Shown here one piece after another: positions 29,079 to 38,522 of a stretch of 64,000 bases of DNA; the first letter of the stretch is position 1; the number at the start of each line of letters is the position of its first letter. The translations under genes and the position numbers were made by a program. The notes beneath the pieces were generated by a model that saw only the letters and a list, made by a program, of their open reading frames with translations, did no database searches and was not told the DNA's origin. Source of the stretch: a virus (lineage: Duplodnaviria > Caudoviricetes); IMG/VR virus record IMGVR_UViG_3300044878_000218, positions 23,517-87,516 of that record; one strand, 5' to 3'.

Positions 29079-29714
29079 TTACTGGCCAGCGACCTTGTCA
29101 GCGCGCTCTTGGGCGGCCTTGTCGCTGTAGCCGTTCTTGTAACGCTTGCCCAGCAGCTTGATCTTGTTGAACAGCTGGGTTTCAACCATCGACGTCTGGA
29201 TGCCGTTCAGCAGGCCCACGACATAGAACTCAGCGTCGCCGGCTTCTTCACGGACGTTGTGGCCATCCAGCGGAGCGCCAAGGATGTGGCTGCAGACCTG
29301 ATCCAGCATCTCAGCAGCTTCACCAGCCAAGCCGATGGCCATGTGCAGCAGGTGCGCCTTGTCGGCGTCGAGGGCGTCGAAGGCGGAGGCCAGGCCTTGG
29401 CTGCTTGGCAGCTTGAAGTATTCAACTTCCGGCAGAGTGGCGAGGTCTTTGTTGTAGACCACGTGCTTCTTCAGGCGGTCCAGCTCGTTGCCCTTGTCGA
29501 TGATCAGGGCGCTGATCTGCAGCAGGTTCAGGAAGCCGGAGAATTTCAGGCTGTCCTTGATGGCTTGGCCAGGCTTGGCCAGATCGGTGACCATACCGTC
29601 GAAGGTGGTGTCGAGGATCTTGTGCTGGTCAGCTTGGGTCAGCTCAGGCAGAGCCTGGGCGATCAGTTGTTCGTGGGCGTTGCGCAGAGCGGCATCGTGG
29701 GCATAGATAGACAT
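29079..29714 (-). CDS. MazG-like nucleotide pyrophosphohydrolase
   Basis: LLHMAIGLAGEAAE.LD, EEAGDAEFY, N..KL..RY..GYSD.AA.ERADK. Confidence 0.85.
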   Translation of the reverse strand: MSIYAHDAALRNAHEQLIAQALPELTQADQHKILDTTFDGMVTDLAKPGQAIKDSLKFSGFLNLLQISALIIDKGNELDRLKKHVVYNKDLATLPEVEYFKLPSSQGLASAFDALDADKAHLLHMAIGLAGEAAEMLDQVCSHILGAPLDGHNVREEAGDAEFYVVGLLNGIQTSMVETQLFNKIKLLGKRYKNGYSDKAAQERADKVAGQ

Positions 29715-29745
29715 GCGGAAGTAGTCCTAATGGAATTTTGGGAAT

Positions 29746-29779
29746 GAAAAAGCCCGGTGGTTTTCACCGGCCGGGCTTA
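29746..29779 (-). terminator. Rho-independent terminator
   Basis: AAAAAGCCCGG...CCGGGCTT stem, U tract on the - strand. Confidence 0.7.
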
Positions 29780-29795
29780 AAGCAGTGCAGAAGAG

Positions 29796-30749
29796 TTACA
29801 GCTTGCCGACGCAGGTGAAGGTCCATGGACGGAAGGCTTTTTCGCCCTTACCGACCTTGGCACCGACCTTGGCCTTGATGATCAGCTCGCCTGGAGCGCA
29901 AGCGTTTTTGCGTACGCCGACAGCGATTGCACCGGCCAGACGGTCTTTCGACGCTGGTGGAATGGACAGGGAAACCATGTGCTCGTCGTACTCGTCTTCA
30001 CGATTCTTGAGTTGCGCCATTGCTTCGATGTATTCCTTGATGTCCAGCGGCTCGTCCGGGGTGCCGTAGCCGTCACCCAGCCACTCGTCCAAGATCTCTT
30101 GGGCGGAGGTGCCGTCGGACAGGGTCTTGCCGTGCTTGTCGTAGCTGTAGAACAGCTCAGCGCCTTCACCAGCGAACTGGCGAACGATGTAGATGTTGCG
30201 GGTGCTGAGGATGTTCACCTCGATCTCTTCGCCCAGCGGAATTTCTTCACTGCCGAGGAGGAACTTGCCTTCGTCCAGCTTGATGCGGTCGAAGGACATG
30301 CCGGTGATGTTCAGACCCTCGAAGCCCTGGCTGGCCATGTCTTCGGTGAACTGCTTCGCGGCGGAGGCTTGGCGCTCAGTGTTGGTGACCACAGCGGTGG
30401 ACTCGGCTTTCACCGCGACCTGCTGGGCTGCCACCTGCTCTGGCTGAACTTCGGCGGCCTTGACGGCTTCAGGCTCAACAGCGGCCTTGACTGCTTCCGG
30501 CTCTACGACTTCTGCGGCGGCCGTGGCTTGAGCCACAGGTTCTGCTTCTGCTTCTTGCACCTGCGCCGAGCCTTCAGACTGGACGACTTCCTTTTCCACA
30601 GCCGCTTCCATCGGCTGTTCTGCTGCGACGTTGGCCTCGACGGTTTCAACGGTCTCAACAGTTTCCTTCACTGCTTCTGCAGCGGTGTTGGTCTGAGCGG
30701 TGTTGGTCTGAGCGGTTTCGGTAGGTGCTGCTGCGCGTTTCAGTGCCAT
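29796..30749 (-). CDS. Putative ssDNA-binding/replication protein with long disordered Ala/Glu N-terminus
   Basis: Position in replication block, own terminator, acidic low-complexity N-half; function inferred only. Confidence 0.45.
   Translation of the reverse strand: MALKRAAAPTETAQTNTAQTNTAAEAVKETVETVETVEANVAAEQPMEAAVEKEVVQSEGSAQVQEAEAEPVAQATAAAEVVEPEAVKAAVEPEAVKAAEVQPEQVAAQQVAVKAESTAVVTNTERQASAAKQFTEDMASQGFEGLNITGMSFDRIKLDEGKFLLGSEEIPLGEEIEVNILSTRNIYIVRQFAGEGAELFYSYDKHGKTLSDGTSAQEILDEWLGDGYGTPDEPLDIKEYIEAMAQLKNREDEYDEHMVSLSIPPASKDRLAGAIAVGVRKNACAPGELIIKAKVGAKVGKGEKAFRPWTFTCVGKL
30681..30716. repeat. 15-bp in-frame tandem repeat (AGCGGTGTTGGTCTG x2 plus partial)
   Basis: Encodes TAQTN-TAQTN-TA. 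Confidence 0.8.
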
Positions 30750-30862
30750 GATAATTGTCTCTTTCAGTATGATTTTGGTTTCAGTTCATCGTCGTTTTCA
30801 TCGGCAACTAGCGAGAAATCCGCTAGCGCAGGCTGATTTATACAGAGCCTGCTCCACCTCTG

Positions 30863-32569
30863 TCAACCGAGCAATTCGAACAGCAAGTCATGCCTGTCCT
30901 TGATCGCCCGGTTATTGCTCTCTTCGTTCTCCAACAAGGCCTTGAAATTCTTGTCGGACAGCGTGCCTCGCACCCTCATGAAGTACACGTTGACCACGTT
31001 GACCTGACCATTACGGTCAGCCCGAGCGATCGCCTGTTTGGCAGCCTTCGGGGAGGTCGGGCATTCGTAGAAGATCACGTAGCTGGCCACCTGCAGGTTC
31101 AGCCCTGAGCCGCCTGACACCCATTGGATGACGATCACGCTGCATTCGTCGTCGTGCAGGAACTTGTCGACCTGGGCCTGGCGATCCGGTATGCCGCCGT
31201 AGACCACGGCCACCTTGCGGTAGGCGAACTGCATTGCCAGCTGCTCGATGGCGCCGCGGTAGAAGGCGAAGATGATCAGCTTGCGCTTCGGACCGGGGTT
31301 GATCGACTCGACCAGATCCCCGGTAGCCTTGGCCAGCTCGTCGCCGTCCTTCAAGGTCATGTCGAACTTGGTCGGGCAGCTGATCAGCTCCAGGGCCAGG
31401 TGCCGCAGCGCTGACGAGTTGTCCGGCGCCAGCACCAGGTCCCCGAGCACGGCGAAGCGGTCGTTGATCACCTGCCGGTACAGCTTGAGGTGCCGTCCGG
31501 ACAGCTTTACCGGCACCTCGCTGATGATCGGCTCCGGCATCATGATCACGTCGCGCTTCTGCACCCGCCTGGCGTTCTTCCACAGCGAGTCGTAGATCTT
31601 CTCGGTGTTGAAGTAGCCGACGATCTGCTTGATCTTCTTGGTCTTGTTGTTCGGCAGCGGTAGCTCGAACTCCTCGATCTCACAGTGCTGCCGGATGAAG
31701 GCGGCCTTGTTCAAGTAGGCACCAGGGTTGATCAGGCGGATCAGGCCGTAGGCGTTGTGTAGCTTGGTCGGGATCGGGGTGCCGGTCATCACGTAGATGG
31801 CCACGTCGTCCTTCAGCCGCATCGACATCTCGGCCACCGACTCGGACAGGATCGACTCCAGCCCGCACAGCGCATCGCCTTCGTCGAAGAACAGCACGTT
31901 GTAGCCGTGTTCCTTCAGCAGCATCTGCTTGGGGTTCTTGGCGGTGCCGTTGTCCTTGTTGATCTGCCGACCGTCCGCTGTGTACGGCTGAGCGTTAGGG
32001 AACCGTGGGTCGCCCTTCTTCTTGCCATCACCGGGCTCGTCTTCCTGCAGGAAATAGCTCGTTGCGTATTCTAATTTTGTGCCTATCTCATTGATATTCC
32101 GCACTTTCCAGACATTATTCCCGATCTTTTTCCGGGGGTTTTTGTCGTTGTAAAGGCGGTAGATGTCATAGGACAGGACCAGAATGTCAGGCCAGCCTTC
32201 GACGTCCCATATCTGCTCCTTCTTTTTCTTCTGCGTGGCTGTGCAGTCGAGGTGGTCGATCTTCAGGTACTTGCGCACCCCCGGAAAGAACAGGTCGAAC
32301 TCAGCCAGGAACTGAGGGATCAAGCCAGGCAGCGTGGTGAAGACGACCCGGTTGCCCATGGCAGCCATCATGATGGCGTGGACCTGGGCGGGGAACGTCT
32401 TGCCAGTACCGGGCTCGGAAAAATCCCCGTAACGGTCGTTCCAGGGGTAGATCTTGATGGTGTCGAGTTGATGCGGCATCGGCCAGTTTGGGAGGATGAT
32501 CTCTTCAAACCAGTCGGGGTGGTTACCCACCCCGACTTCGAGCATCAAGTCGTGAAGACTTCTGCTCAT
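30863..32569 (-). CDS. SF2 (SNF2-like) helicase
   Basis: EPGTGKT, FFDEGD, MTGTP, SGLNLQ, QAIARADRNGQ. Confidence 0.9.
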   Translation of the reverse strand: MSRSLHDLMLEVGVGNHPDWFEEIILPNWPMPHQLDTIKIYPWNDRYGDFSEPGTGKTFPAQVHAIMMAAMGNRVVFTTLPGLIPQFLAEFDLFFPGVRKYLKIDHLDCTATQKKKKEQIWDVEGWPDILVLSYDIYRLYNDKNPRKKIGNNVWKVRNINEIGTKLEYATSYFLQEDEPGDGKKKGDPRFPNAQPYTADGRQINKDNGTAKNPKQMLLKEHGYNVLFFDEGDALCGLESILSESVAEMSMRLKDDVAIYVMTGTPIPTKLHNAYGLIRLINPGAYLNKAAFIRQHCEIEEFELPLPNNKTKKIKQIVGYFNTEKIYDSLWKNARRVQKRDVIMMPEPIISEVPVKLSGRHLKLYRQVINDRFAVLGDLVLAPDNSSALRHLALELISCPTKFDMTLKDGDELAKATGDLVESINPGPKRKLIIFAFYRGAIEQLAMQFAYRKVAVVYGGIPDRQAQVDKFLHDDECSVIVIQWVSGGSGLNLQVASYVIFYECPTSPKAAKQAIARADRNGQVNVVNVYFMRVRGTLSDKNFKALLENEESNNRAIKDRHDLLFELLG

Positions 32570-32793
32570 TAGTACAGCCTCTGCGCCCTGCTGCGTTGGA
32601 GTTTGGCGTGATCGTCGCGGCAGTCCGCATCGCAGAAGCGGTTAGGCTCCGGCAATGGCTCGCTGCAGTTGTGGCAGCTGCCGATGTAGGCCAGGGTGTG
32701 AACCGGCTTACGGGCGATGCGCAGCTGCTCTTCCAGCAAGCGGTCCTGTTCAACAACTGCCCGGTCTACCGGGTCTGCGTAGTTCTCGGTCAT
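32569..32793 (-). CDS. TraR/DksA-like C4 zinc-finger protein
   Basis: ADPVDRA N-terminus, CHNC...FCDADCRDD. Confidence 0.75.
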   Translation of the reverse strand: MTENYADPVDRAVVEQDRLLEEQLRIARKPVHTLAYIGSCHNCSEPLPEPNRFCDADCRDDHAKLQRSRAQRLY

Positions 32794-35678
32794 TCGGCTG
32801 CCTCCGTTTCCTTCATGAAGTTGTTCATCGTCGTTCCCTTGACCTGCAGTTTCCGGACGTCGATCACAAACACGTCGATCTCGTTGTTGTTAGGGTGCGG
32901 TTCAGTCCGCTCGTAGTACACCTCGCCCTCGATCAGCTGAGTCATCTGCTGGTACTGGCGGATGACCGCCATCTCACCGATGCTCTTCGAGTAGGCTTGG
33001 TAGCGCGGCAGGCAGGACTGCAGGACCAGATAGAGCGAGTCGCCCTGGCGCCAGTAGTGCTTGCCGGCCACCAGCTGCAGACGCTCGTCGAAGGTCTCGT
33101 CGGCCATGATGTTCAGCGCGCCAAGGACGCGGTCAACTTCCGACGCCGACTTGCCACGTTCAACCTCGCTGACGCGGCCACCCAGGTACTCGATCAACTC
33201 TTTCTCGAGCATTTGGACCTCTTCCACGCCACCGACACCGAACTCGGTCATGGTGTGGATCAGCATGTGCAGGCCAGTCAGGCAGCACTGCATGCCCCAG
33301 CGAGGGCGGTCTTCCATGCCCTTGTGGATCAGGTCCGACTTGCTGTGGAAGATCTTCAGCAGCGCGGTTGGGGAGGTCCCCAGCGCCACGGTGACCAAGG
33401 CTCTGGCCATACGCAGCAGCGATGCCTTGTTCTGCACGCAGGTCCGGTAGTTCTCGCGGTAGACCGGGTTCTGCAGCGACTTGGCCTGCAGGCGGACTTC
33501 CACGGAGCGGCTGCGCAGTGCCGGCACGGTGGCCGACTGTTCGCTGGTGTATACCAACGGCGCCGACACGCGGTCTTCACTGATGCCTAGCTCGCGGTCC
33601 GAGCCGATCTTGCCACGCTGAATAGGCGCATGACTCCACGCGGCCTTCAGGATGCCAACGATCTGGCCGTAGCGGGTGTTGCCCAGCTGCACCGGGTTCA
33701 CTTCCTCGATCAGACGCGGGACCGTGGTACTGCTGCTCACATACTTGGTCAGCGGAAACAGCGTGCCGACCTCGACGTTCTGCAGTTCGGCCTTCGTGTA
33801 GTCGATGCCGTTGATCATCGCCATCAGCATAGCCAGGCAGGACTTGCCTGCACCGGCGTTGCCGTAGATGTTCATCAGCGGGAACTGTGGCTCTTCGAAC
33901 TGGATGTGTTCACGGAAGTGGCAGCTGACAAACCAGCCCAGCATCTGCGCCACCTGAACAGGCTCGTTGACCTTGGTCAGCGCCTTCATCGCCGTGGCCA
34001 AGGCCACGTCCTCTGGCAGCGGGTTGCTGCCACCAATCAACGCAGGCGACTGCCGCGCATTGCCGTTGAAGCGGAATGGGCTGCGGCCACCGAGGCTGGT
34101 GATCGCGTTGCCGGCTTCGACGTAGTGAGCGACCGTGCCTTTATCGCCGCGGTCCAGCACAATCCCGCAGACATTCGCACGAATCATCTTGTCCAGCTCC
34201 TTGTCTTCCGTCTTGTCCCTTGCGAATTTAAGCAGGGCAACCAGTAGTTTTTGGATCTCGCCGTCACCGGCGTACACCGCTGCATCACGCCCCTTGACCC
34301 CGGAGATCAGGTCACGCTTGGAGCCCCAGGCCCGCTCCGACAGGGAGATCTCGGCCTGCTCTTCCACACCGGATACGATCAGCTTGCCGATCAGCTCTTT
34401 ACGTTCGGTGTTGCGCCAGCTGGTGAAGCCCTTTTCGTTGGTGTACGGCTCCAGCTCGAACACCTCCAGCTCAGGCCAGAAGGTGAAGTTGGTGAGCTGT
34501 CGGCTGCTCTCTTCGCCAACGAGGTAGTAGCCCGTGTCATCCCAGCGGATGCGGACCTCGTTGTTGTAGTTGCCGACGGTTTCCTGCGTGGTCTCGCCGC
34601 TGGCCACATCGGCACGGCAGATCGGGCAGGCCCGGCAAGGAGAGCCGATCGAAGCGATCAGCGCGCCGGGGGCAAACTTGATCGAGCCACTGAAGGTACG
34701 GTGCAACTGGCCTTGAACGTGCTTGAGTCGTTCGGTTTCCGAAGGACGGCTGCTCGACTGGACGTTCTTCACGAACGGCCGCACCAGCAGCTCCATGTAC
34801 TCCTTCTCTTCGCTCTTCTCGTAGCGCGCTGCAATGTAGGCAGCCAGTTGCATCGCCGTCTGGTTCCAGTTGGAGCCGTCGGCGTGGCCTTCAGTGATCA
34901 GCTTCTCGATGCAGCCAGGGATGCCGTCCCACTCACGCATGGCTTCCTTGGGCACCACGCAGGCAGCGTTCATCGCACGAACCTTGCGGGTCGCGGCGAC
35001 TCGGGCTGACTTGAGCAGCTGCTCAGCCTTGGCGAAGCTGATGTTCTTTCCAGGCTCAGGGCAGTTCAGTGGTGGGCGAGGTTCAGCCACGATGGCGTGG
35101 TAGATCTCGCTGTCCATCTCGGCCAGTTCGTTCGGCGTGGTGCCGACCTTGTAGGTGCCGCTGCCGGGGCGTGGAATGCCCTCACAGCGCCACATCCGGC
35201 CACGGCCGCAGCTGTATACCGACTCGTCCAGCGTGCACGGCGATTGCAGGCCGGCACCCTTGAGGATGGTCAGCATGATCTCGCGGTAGATCATCGGCAG
35301 GAACTTTGTCGCCTTCTTAATGCCGAACACCTGAGCCGGGATCGTGATGTGCACGCCCTTGCCGCCGGACAGCCAGCAATGAATGAAGTCCGACGGGATG
35401 TCGAGCTTGTTCATCAGGTAATCGAGGACCGCGTTGACTTCGTGCAACACCTGGTCGATGTCATCAGCGCTGTCAAAGTCCAGGTACATCGGACCCATGT
35501 AGTGGACGGTCTCGATGGGATCGAGCCCATTCTCCGCCACTTCTTCCGGGTTTTGGTCAACCATCAGGACTGTTTTGAACGCAGGCGGGCCGGAGAGCGT
35601 AGCTGCTTGCAGCTGCTCTTCTGTGTACATCCGCCATGGTTCCTTCTTGTCCGGTCTGAACTGAAGGAAGTGATACAT
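32790..35678 (-). CDS. Primase-helicase (AEP-type primase plus P-loop helicase domain)
   Basis: YLDFD, SGGKGVH (AEP motifs), PGC large-subunit-like region, CxxCxxC, GNAGAGKS Walker A. Confidence 0.85.
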   Translation of the reverse strand: MYHFLQFRPDKKEPWRMYTEEQLQAATLSGPPAFKTVLMVDQNPEEVAENGLDPIETVHYMGPMYLDFDSADDIDQVLHEVNAVLDYLMNKLDIPSDFIHCWLSGGKGVHITIPAQVFGIKKATKFLPMIYREIMLTILKGAGLQSPCTLDESVYSCGRGRMWRCEGIPRPGSGTYKVGTTPNELAEMDSEIYHAIVAEPRPPLNCPEPGKNISFAKAEQLLKSARVAATRKVRAMNAACVVPKEAMREWDGIPGCIEKLITEGHADGSNWNQTAMQLAAYIAARYEKSEEKEYMELLVRPFVKNVQSSSRPSETERLKHVQGQLHRTFSGSIKFAPGALIASIGSPCRACPICRADVASGETTQETVGNYNNEVRIRWDDTGYYLVGEESSRQLTNFTFWPELEVFELEPYTNEKGFTSWRNTERKELIGKLIVSGVEEQAEISLSERAWGSKRDLISGVKGRDAAVYAGDGEIQKLLVALLKFARDKTEDKELDKMIRANVCGIVLDRGDKGTVAHYVEAGNAITSLGGRSPFRFNGNARQSPALIGGSNPLPEDVALATAMKALTKVNEPVQVAQMLGWFVSCHFREHIQFEEPQFPLMNIYGNAGAGKSCLAMLMAMINGIDYTKAELQNVEVGTLFPLTKYVSSSTTVPRLIEEVNPVQLGNTRYGQIVGILKAAWSHAPIQRGKIGSDRELGISEDRVSAPLVYTSEQSATVPALRSRSVEVRLQAKSLQNPVYRENYRTCVQNKASLLRMARALVTVALGTSPTALLKIFHSKSDLIHKGMEDRPRWGMQCCLTGLHMLIHTMTEFGVGGVEEVQMLEKELIEYLGGRVSEVERGKSASEVDRVLGALNIMADETFDERLQLVAGKHYWRQGDSLYLVLQSCLPRYQAYSKSIGEMAVIRQYQQMTQLIEGEVYYERTEPHPNNNEIDVFVIDVRKLQVKGTTMNNFMKETEAAE

Positions 35679-35682
35679 GGCG

Positions 35683-35928
35683 TTAGTCCTTGGTCATCAG
35701 CGCTTCAGAGAGACGTTTGACAAAGGTCTTGCCGTCCTTGTTGAACGCGGTGAAGTCCACGTCCAGCACCAGGCCGCGGTTCTGCAGGCGCTTCTTGAAC
35801 AGGGTGATGTTGTAAACCTCATCCGTCTCAACCGCGCCCTCGATCTCGGCGCTGTTGTAGAAGTCAGCCAGCTTGTTGTAGTCGATCTGCGTGCGCTGGT
35901 TAGGCGCACCTTCGTTGACGACTTTCAT
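35683..35928 (-). CDS. Small hypothetical protein (possible DNA-binding)
   Basis: AGGAG RBS, good codon usage, between helicase and primase. Confidence 0.55.
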   Translation of the reverse strand: MKVVNEGAPNQRTQIDYNKLADFYNSAEIEGAVETDEVYNITLFKKRLQNRGLVLDVDFTAFNKDGKTFVKRLSEALMTKD

Positions 35929-35956
35929 GTGAGGCTCCTATGGGCATGGGTCAGGT

Positions 35957-37285
35957 TCAAGCCTTGAACCCGACCTTGTTGATAAGCAATTCTTGTTGCG
36001 GCCGGCTGAACGCCACGTACAAAAGCCGCTGTCTTTCGCTGCGGACAGGGTTGTCCAGCAGGTCTTTGACATCGACCATAACTCGTTTAAAGGTGCTGCC
36101 CTGGCTGCGGTGGACCGTGATGCAGTAGCAATACTTCAGGTCTGCGAACAGGTCTTGAAAGGTGTGAAGCTGCTTCCAGTGCCAACCTGCGTTCTTCCCT
36201 GTCTTCTTGGCTTCTTCCGCCTTTTCGACCAGCGCATTGCAGTGGCGCCGGAAACGGTCGTACTCGCTTTCATGCAGTACGTGGGCGAAGACTTGCTTCA
36301 CATCAGCATACACAGGATTCAGGGTGACCAGCCACGTCTTCCACTTGGTTTCGGTGCCCTCGTCGAACATCACGCTCTCGCTAACCGCGGCAACCAGCGA
36401 CTCTTCGTCCGTGGACAGCACAATGTCGCCGCCCTTCTGGATCGGTTTGCCGGTCACCAGGCGCTCACCGATCTCAAACCGCGCGGCATTTTTGCCGTAG
36501 ATTTTGTCACGGATGGCGTTGTTGATGTCGTCGACGCGGCGGTTGCGCCACGCCAGTACCCGGACCTCTTCCAGATCCGTGGTCAGGTCGAACTGCTCGA
36601 CCACGGCGTGCAGGAAGTTGGCAGCCTTGACCACCGTGACGTTGTTGGCCGGCACGTAGTTGAAGTCGAAGGTTTCCTTGGCCTTGATCGCTGCCCGCAG
36701 CGGTGCGGTGATCTGCAGAATGCCGTTGGGCGTACCGTCAGGGTTGTTCTGCTGGCGCTCGACCTGGGTCAGCTCAGCGGTAGGGAAAATGCCGAACGCC
36801 TTCGAGGAAGTTTCCTTCACCGGCGGCAGCTGCATGTCGTCGCCCATCATCAGGCAGAAGACGTTGTATTCCTTCAGGTCCGGCAGGAAGTAGTCGAACA
36901 GGAACGCCTCGCCGAGCATCGACATCTCGTCACAGACGACCACGTTGTACTCAGGCAGCACGCTGTCACGAACCCGGGCAGCGTACTTCTTCTCCGCCGT
37001 CGGCATCAGCGACAGACCCAGCGCACTGTGGGCGGTCTTGAAGCCGATCTTGTCCAGCGGGAGCTTGTAGGAGCGGGCAGCCTTTTCCAGCTGCTTGACC
37101 GCTTTGTTGGTTGGCGCGACCAGCAGAACCTTCAGCTGCCCATCGAGGAGGATGCTGACGATCTCCATCACGCAGTAGGTCTTACCGGTGCCGCCCTCGC
37201 CAATGATGGTGAAGCCAGGCTTACCTTCCTCATAGGCGTCAAGCGTGCCGTTGACGCCGATGACCTGGCCACTATTGAGTCCCAT
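35957..37285 (-). CDS. Dda/RecD-like SF1B helicase
   Basis: GEGGTGKT, APTNKA, DEMSM, GDDMQLPPV, RQ, YCITVHRSQGSTF, LYVAFSR. Confidence 0.92.
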   Translation of the reverse strand: MGLNSGQVIGVNGTLDAYEEGKPGFTIIGEGGTGKTYCVMEIVSILLDGQLKVLLVAPTNKAVKQLEKAARSYKLPLDKIGFKTAHSALGLSLMPTAEKKYAARVRDSVLPEYNVVVCDEMSMLGEAFLFDYFLPDLKEYNVFCLMMGDDMQLPPVKETSSKAFGIFPTAELTQVERQQNNPDGTPNGILQITAPLRAAIKAKETFDFNYVPANNVTVVKAANFLHAVVEQFDLTTDLEEVRVLAWRNRRVDDINNAIRDKIYGKNAARFEIGERLVTGKPIQKGGDIVLSTDEESLVAAVSESVMFDEGTETKWKTWLVTLNPVYADVKQVFAHVLHESEYDRFRRHCNALVEKAEEAKKTGKNAGWHWKQLHTFQDLFADLKYCYCITVHRSQGSTFKRVMVDVKDLLDNPVRSERQRLLYVAFSRPQQELLINKVGFKA

Positions 37286-37286
37286 G

Positions 37287-37326
37287 TTATCACCTTATGA
37301 CTTTATATGTTTATATGCTTATAGGA
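37287..37326. repeat. Five tandem 8-bp units each beginning TTAT
   Basis: TTATCACC TTATGACT TTATATGT TTATATGC TTATAGGA directly upstream of the helicase ATG. Confidence 0.7.
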
Positions 37327-37327
37327 A

Positions 37328-37348
37328 GGCACGATAGTTAATCGTGCC
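37328..37348. terminator. Hairpin (terminator or regulatory)
   Basis: GGCACGAT-AGTTA-ATCGTGCC inverted repeat. Confidence 0.5.
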
Positions 37349-37355
37349 CCCTTGG

Positions 37356-37682
37356 TCAAGATTTCTTTCTGAACATATCTACGACCGAGCTATTGACACC
37401 AATGTCTACGGGCCGTCGCTCGCGTTGATCCCGATGAGCGTGGAAGAAGGTCACGACAGCGTCGGCTGCCACGTCCCATCCCACGTCGTTGTTGATGAGG
37501 GTCATGTACTCCACGTAAGGTCCCCTCAGCTGCTCCGCTGTGAAGGACTCGATGCCTGCGTCCGTGAAGTGCTGTTGCAGCGCCTCCACGAACTTTCCAA
37601 TCCACCGGGTGTGAGTCGCGGTGGTGCCGATGTCGCCAATTTGCTTGCTGATCAACAGCAGTTCTGCTTTCAAGCGGTCCAC
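37356..37682 (-). CDS. Hypothetical protein
   Basis: ORF with GGAG RBS. Confidence 0.5.
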   Translation of the reverse strand: MDRLKAELLLISKQIGDIGTTATHTRWIGKFVEALQQHFTDAGIESFTAEQLRGPYVEYMTLINNDVGWDVAADAVVTFFHAHRDQRERRPVDIGVNSSVVDMFRKKS

Positions 37683-37718
37683 TTCATCTCCTTCAGGGCC
37701 ATAGGCCTGTGTTGCGGG

Positions 37719-38522
37719 TTAATCGGGAAGGCCTGTCATCAGTAGGGTTCTTGCACGGCTGACCAGTCGAGGGTCGGCCACCTGCTTGGTGTTCTTCACG
37801 CGGGTGGTGAACTGCTCAGGCAGGAACTCGACAGCCTCGGGGAACTGCGCTTCCAGCTGCTTCAGGGTACGGATCGGCAGCAGGATCTGCGTCAGATCAC
37901 TGTGCATGGAGTACGCCGCCTCCAGCACCCCCTTGAACGATTCCATCAGGCGATCGACCTGCAGGCTCAGCTGGTACGCCGCATTGGAGTACGGAATCCG
38001 CGGGTCTTTCTTGTCCTTCATCTCCACGTCAGGGTGGAAGATGTGACCCAGGCCTTTGATGCTAGGCAGGTCGGCGTGGTTGGTCTTCCAGCTGTAGTTG
38101 TAGTCCCAGCTGCCGGTGTACAGCTCGGTGAAGTTGAGGAACGCGCCCCACTCTTCTGCGACCGCTGATCGTACCTCTTGCCACTTTTCCTTCTCGGATT
38201 CGCGTTCCTTGTGGCTACCGCCGAAGCCGAACTTGATGATGCCCAGCGAGTTGTTTTCGGTGTTGTTGAACTTGTCGCCTTCCTTGTTGGTGACGACGTA
38301 GATGCTGCCCTTCATGCTGTTGAAGATGCCTTCCTGAATCAGTTCGGCCCAGCGAACCTGTGGCACCTCGGGGATCTTCTGCTGGATGTGCTTGGCAAAC
38401 AGCTGGCGCCACAACTTGTCCAGGGCGCGGGCGGCCTTGGCGGTCGACGCTGCCTGGCGCTTCGAGGCATGGCGCAGCATGGCGTGGATCAGCTGGCCTT
38501 TGACTTCCTGGGTAATGTTCAT
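37719..38522 (-). CDS. Nmad5-like (nucleotide-modification-associated domain 5) protein
   Basis: N-terminal helix and C-terminal RTLKQL...FPEA..FLP signature. Confidence 0.6.
   Translation of the reverse strand: MNITQEVKGQLIHAMLRHASKRQAASTAKAARALDKLWRQLFAKHIQQKIPEVPQVRWAELIQEGIFNSMKGSIYVVTNKEGDKFNNTENNSLGIIKFGFGGSHKERESEKEKWQEVRSAVAEEWGAFLNFTELYTGSWDYNYSWKTNHADLPSIKGLGHIFHPDVEMKDKKDPRIPYSNAAYQLSLQVDRLMESFKGVLEAAYSMHSDLTQILLPIRTLKQLEAQFPEAVEFLPEQFTTRVKNTKQVADPRLVSRARTLLMTGLPD

Noticed and set aside
27482-38522. Hypermodified-base pathway (ThyX, dNMP kinase, MazG, Nmad5)
   Set aside because: No recognisable base-modifying enzymes (PurZ, queuosine/dpdA genes, hydroxymethylase, glycosyltransferase) in the window; only C5 methylation is supported
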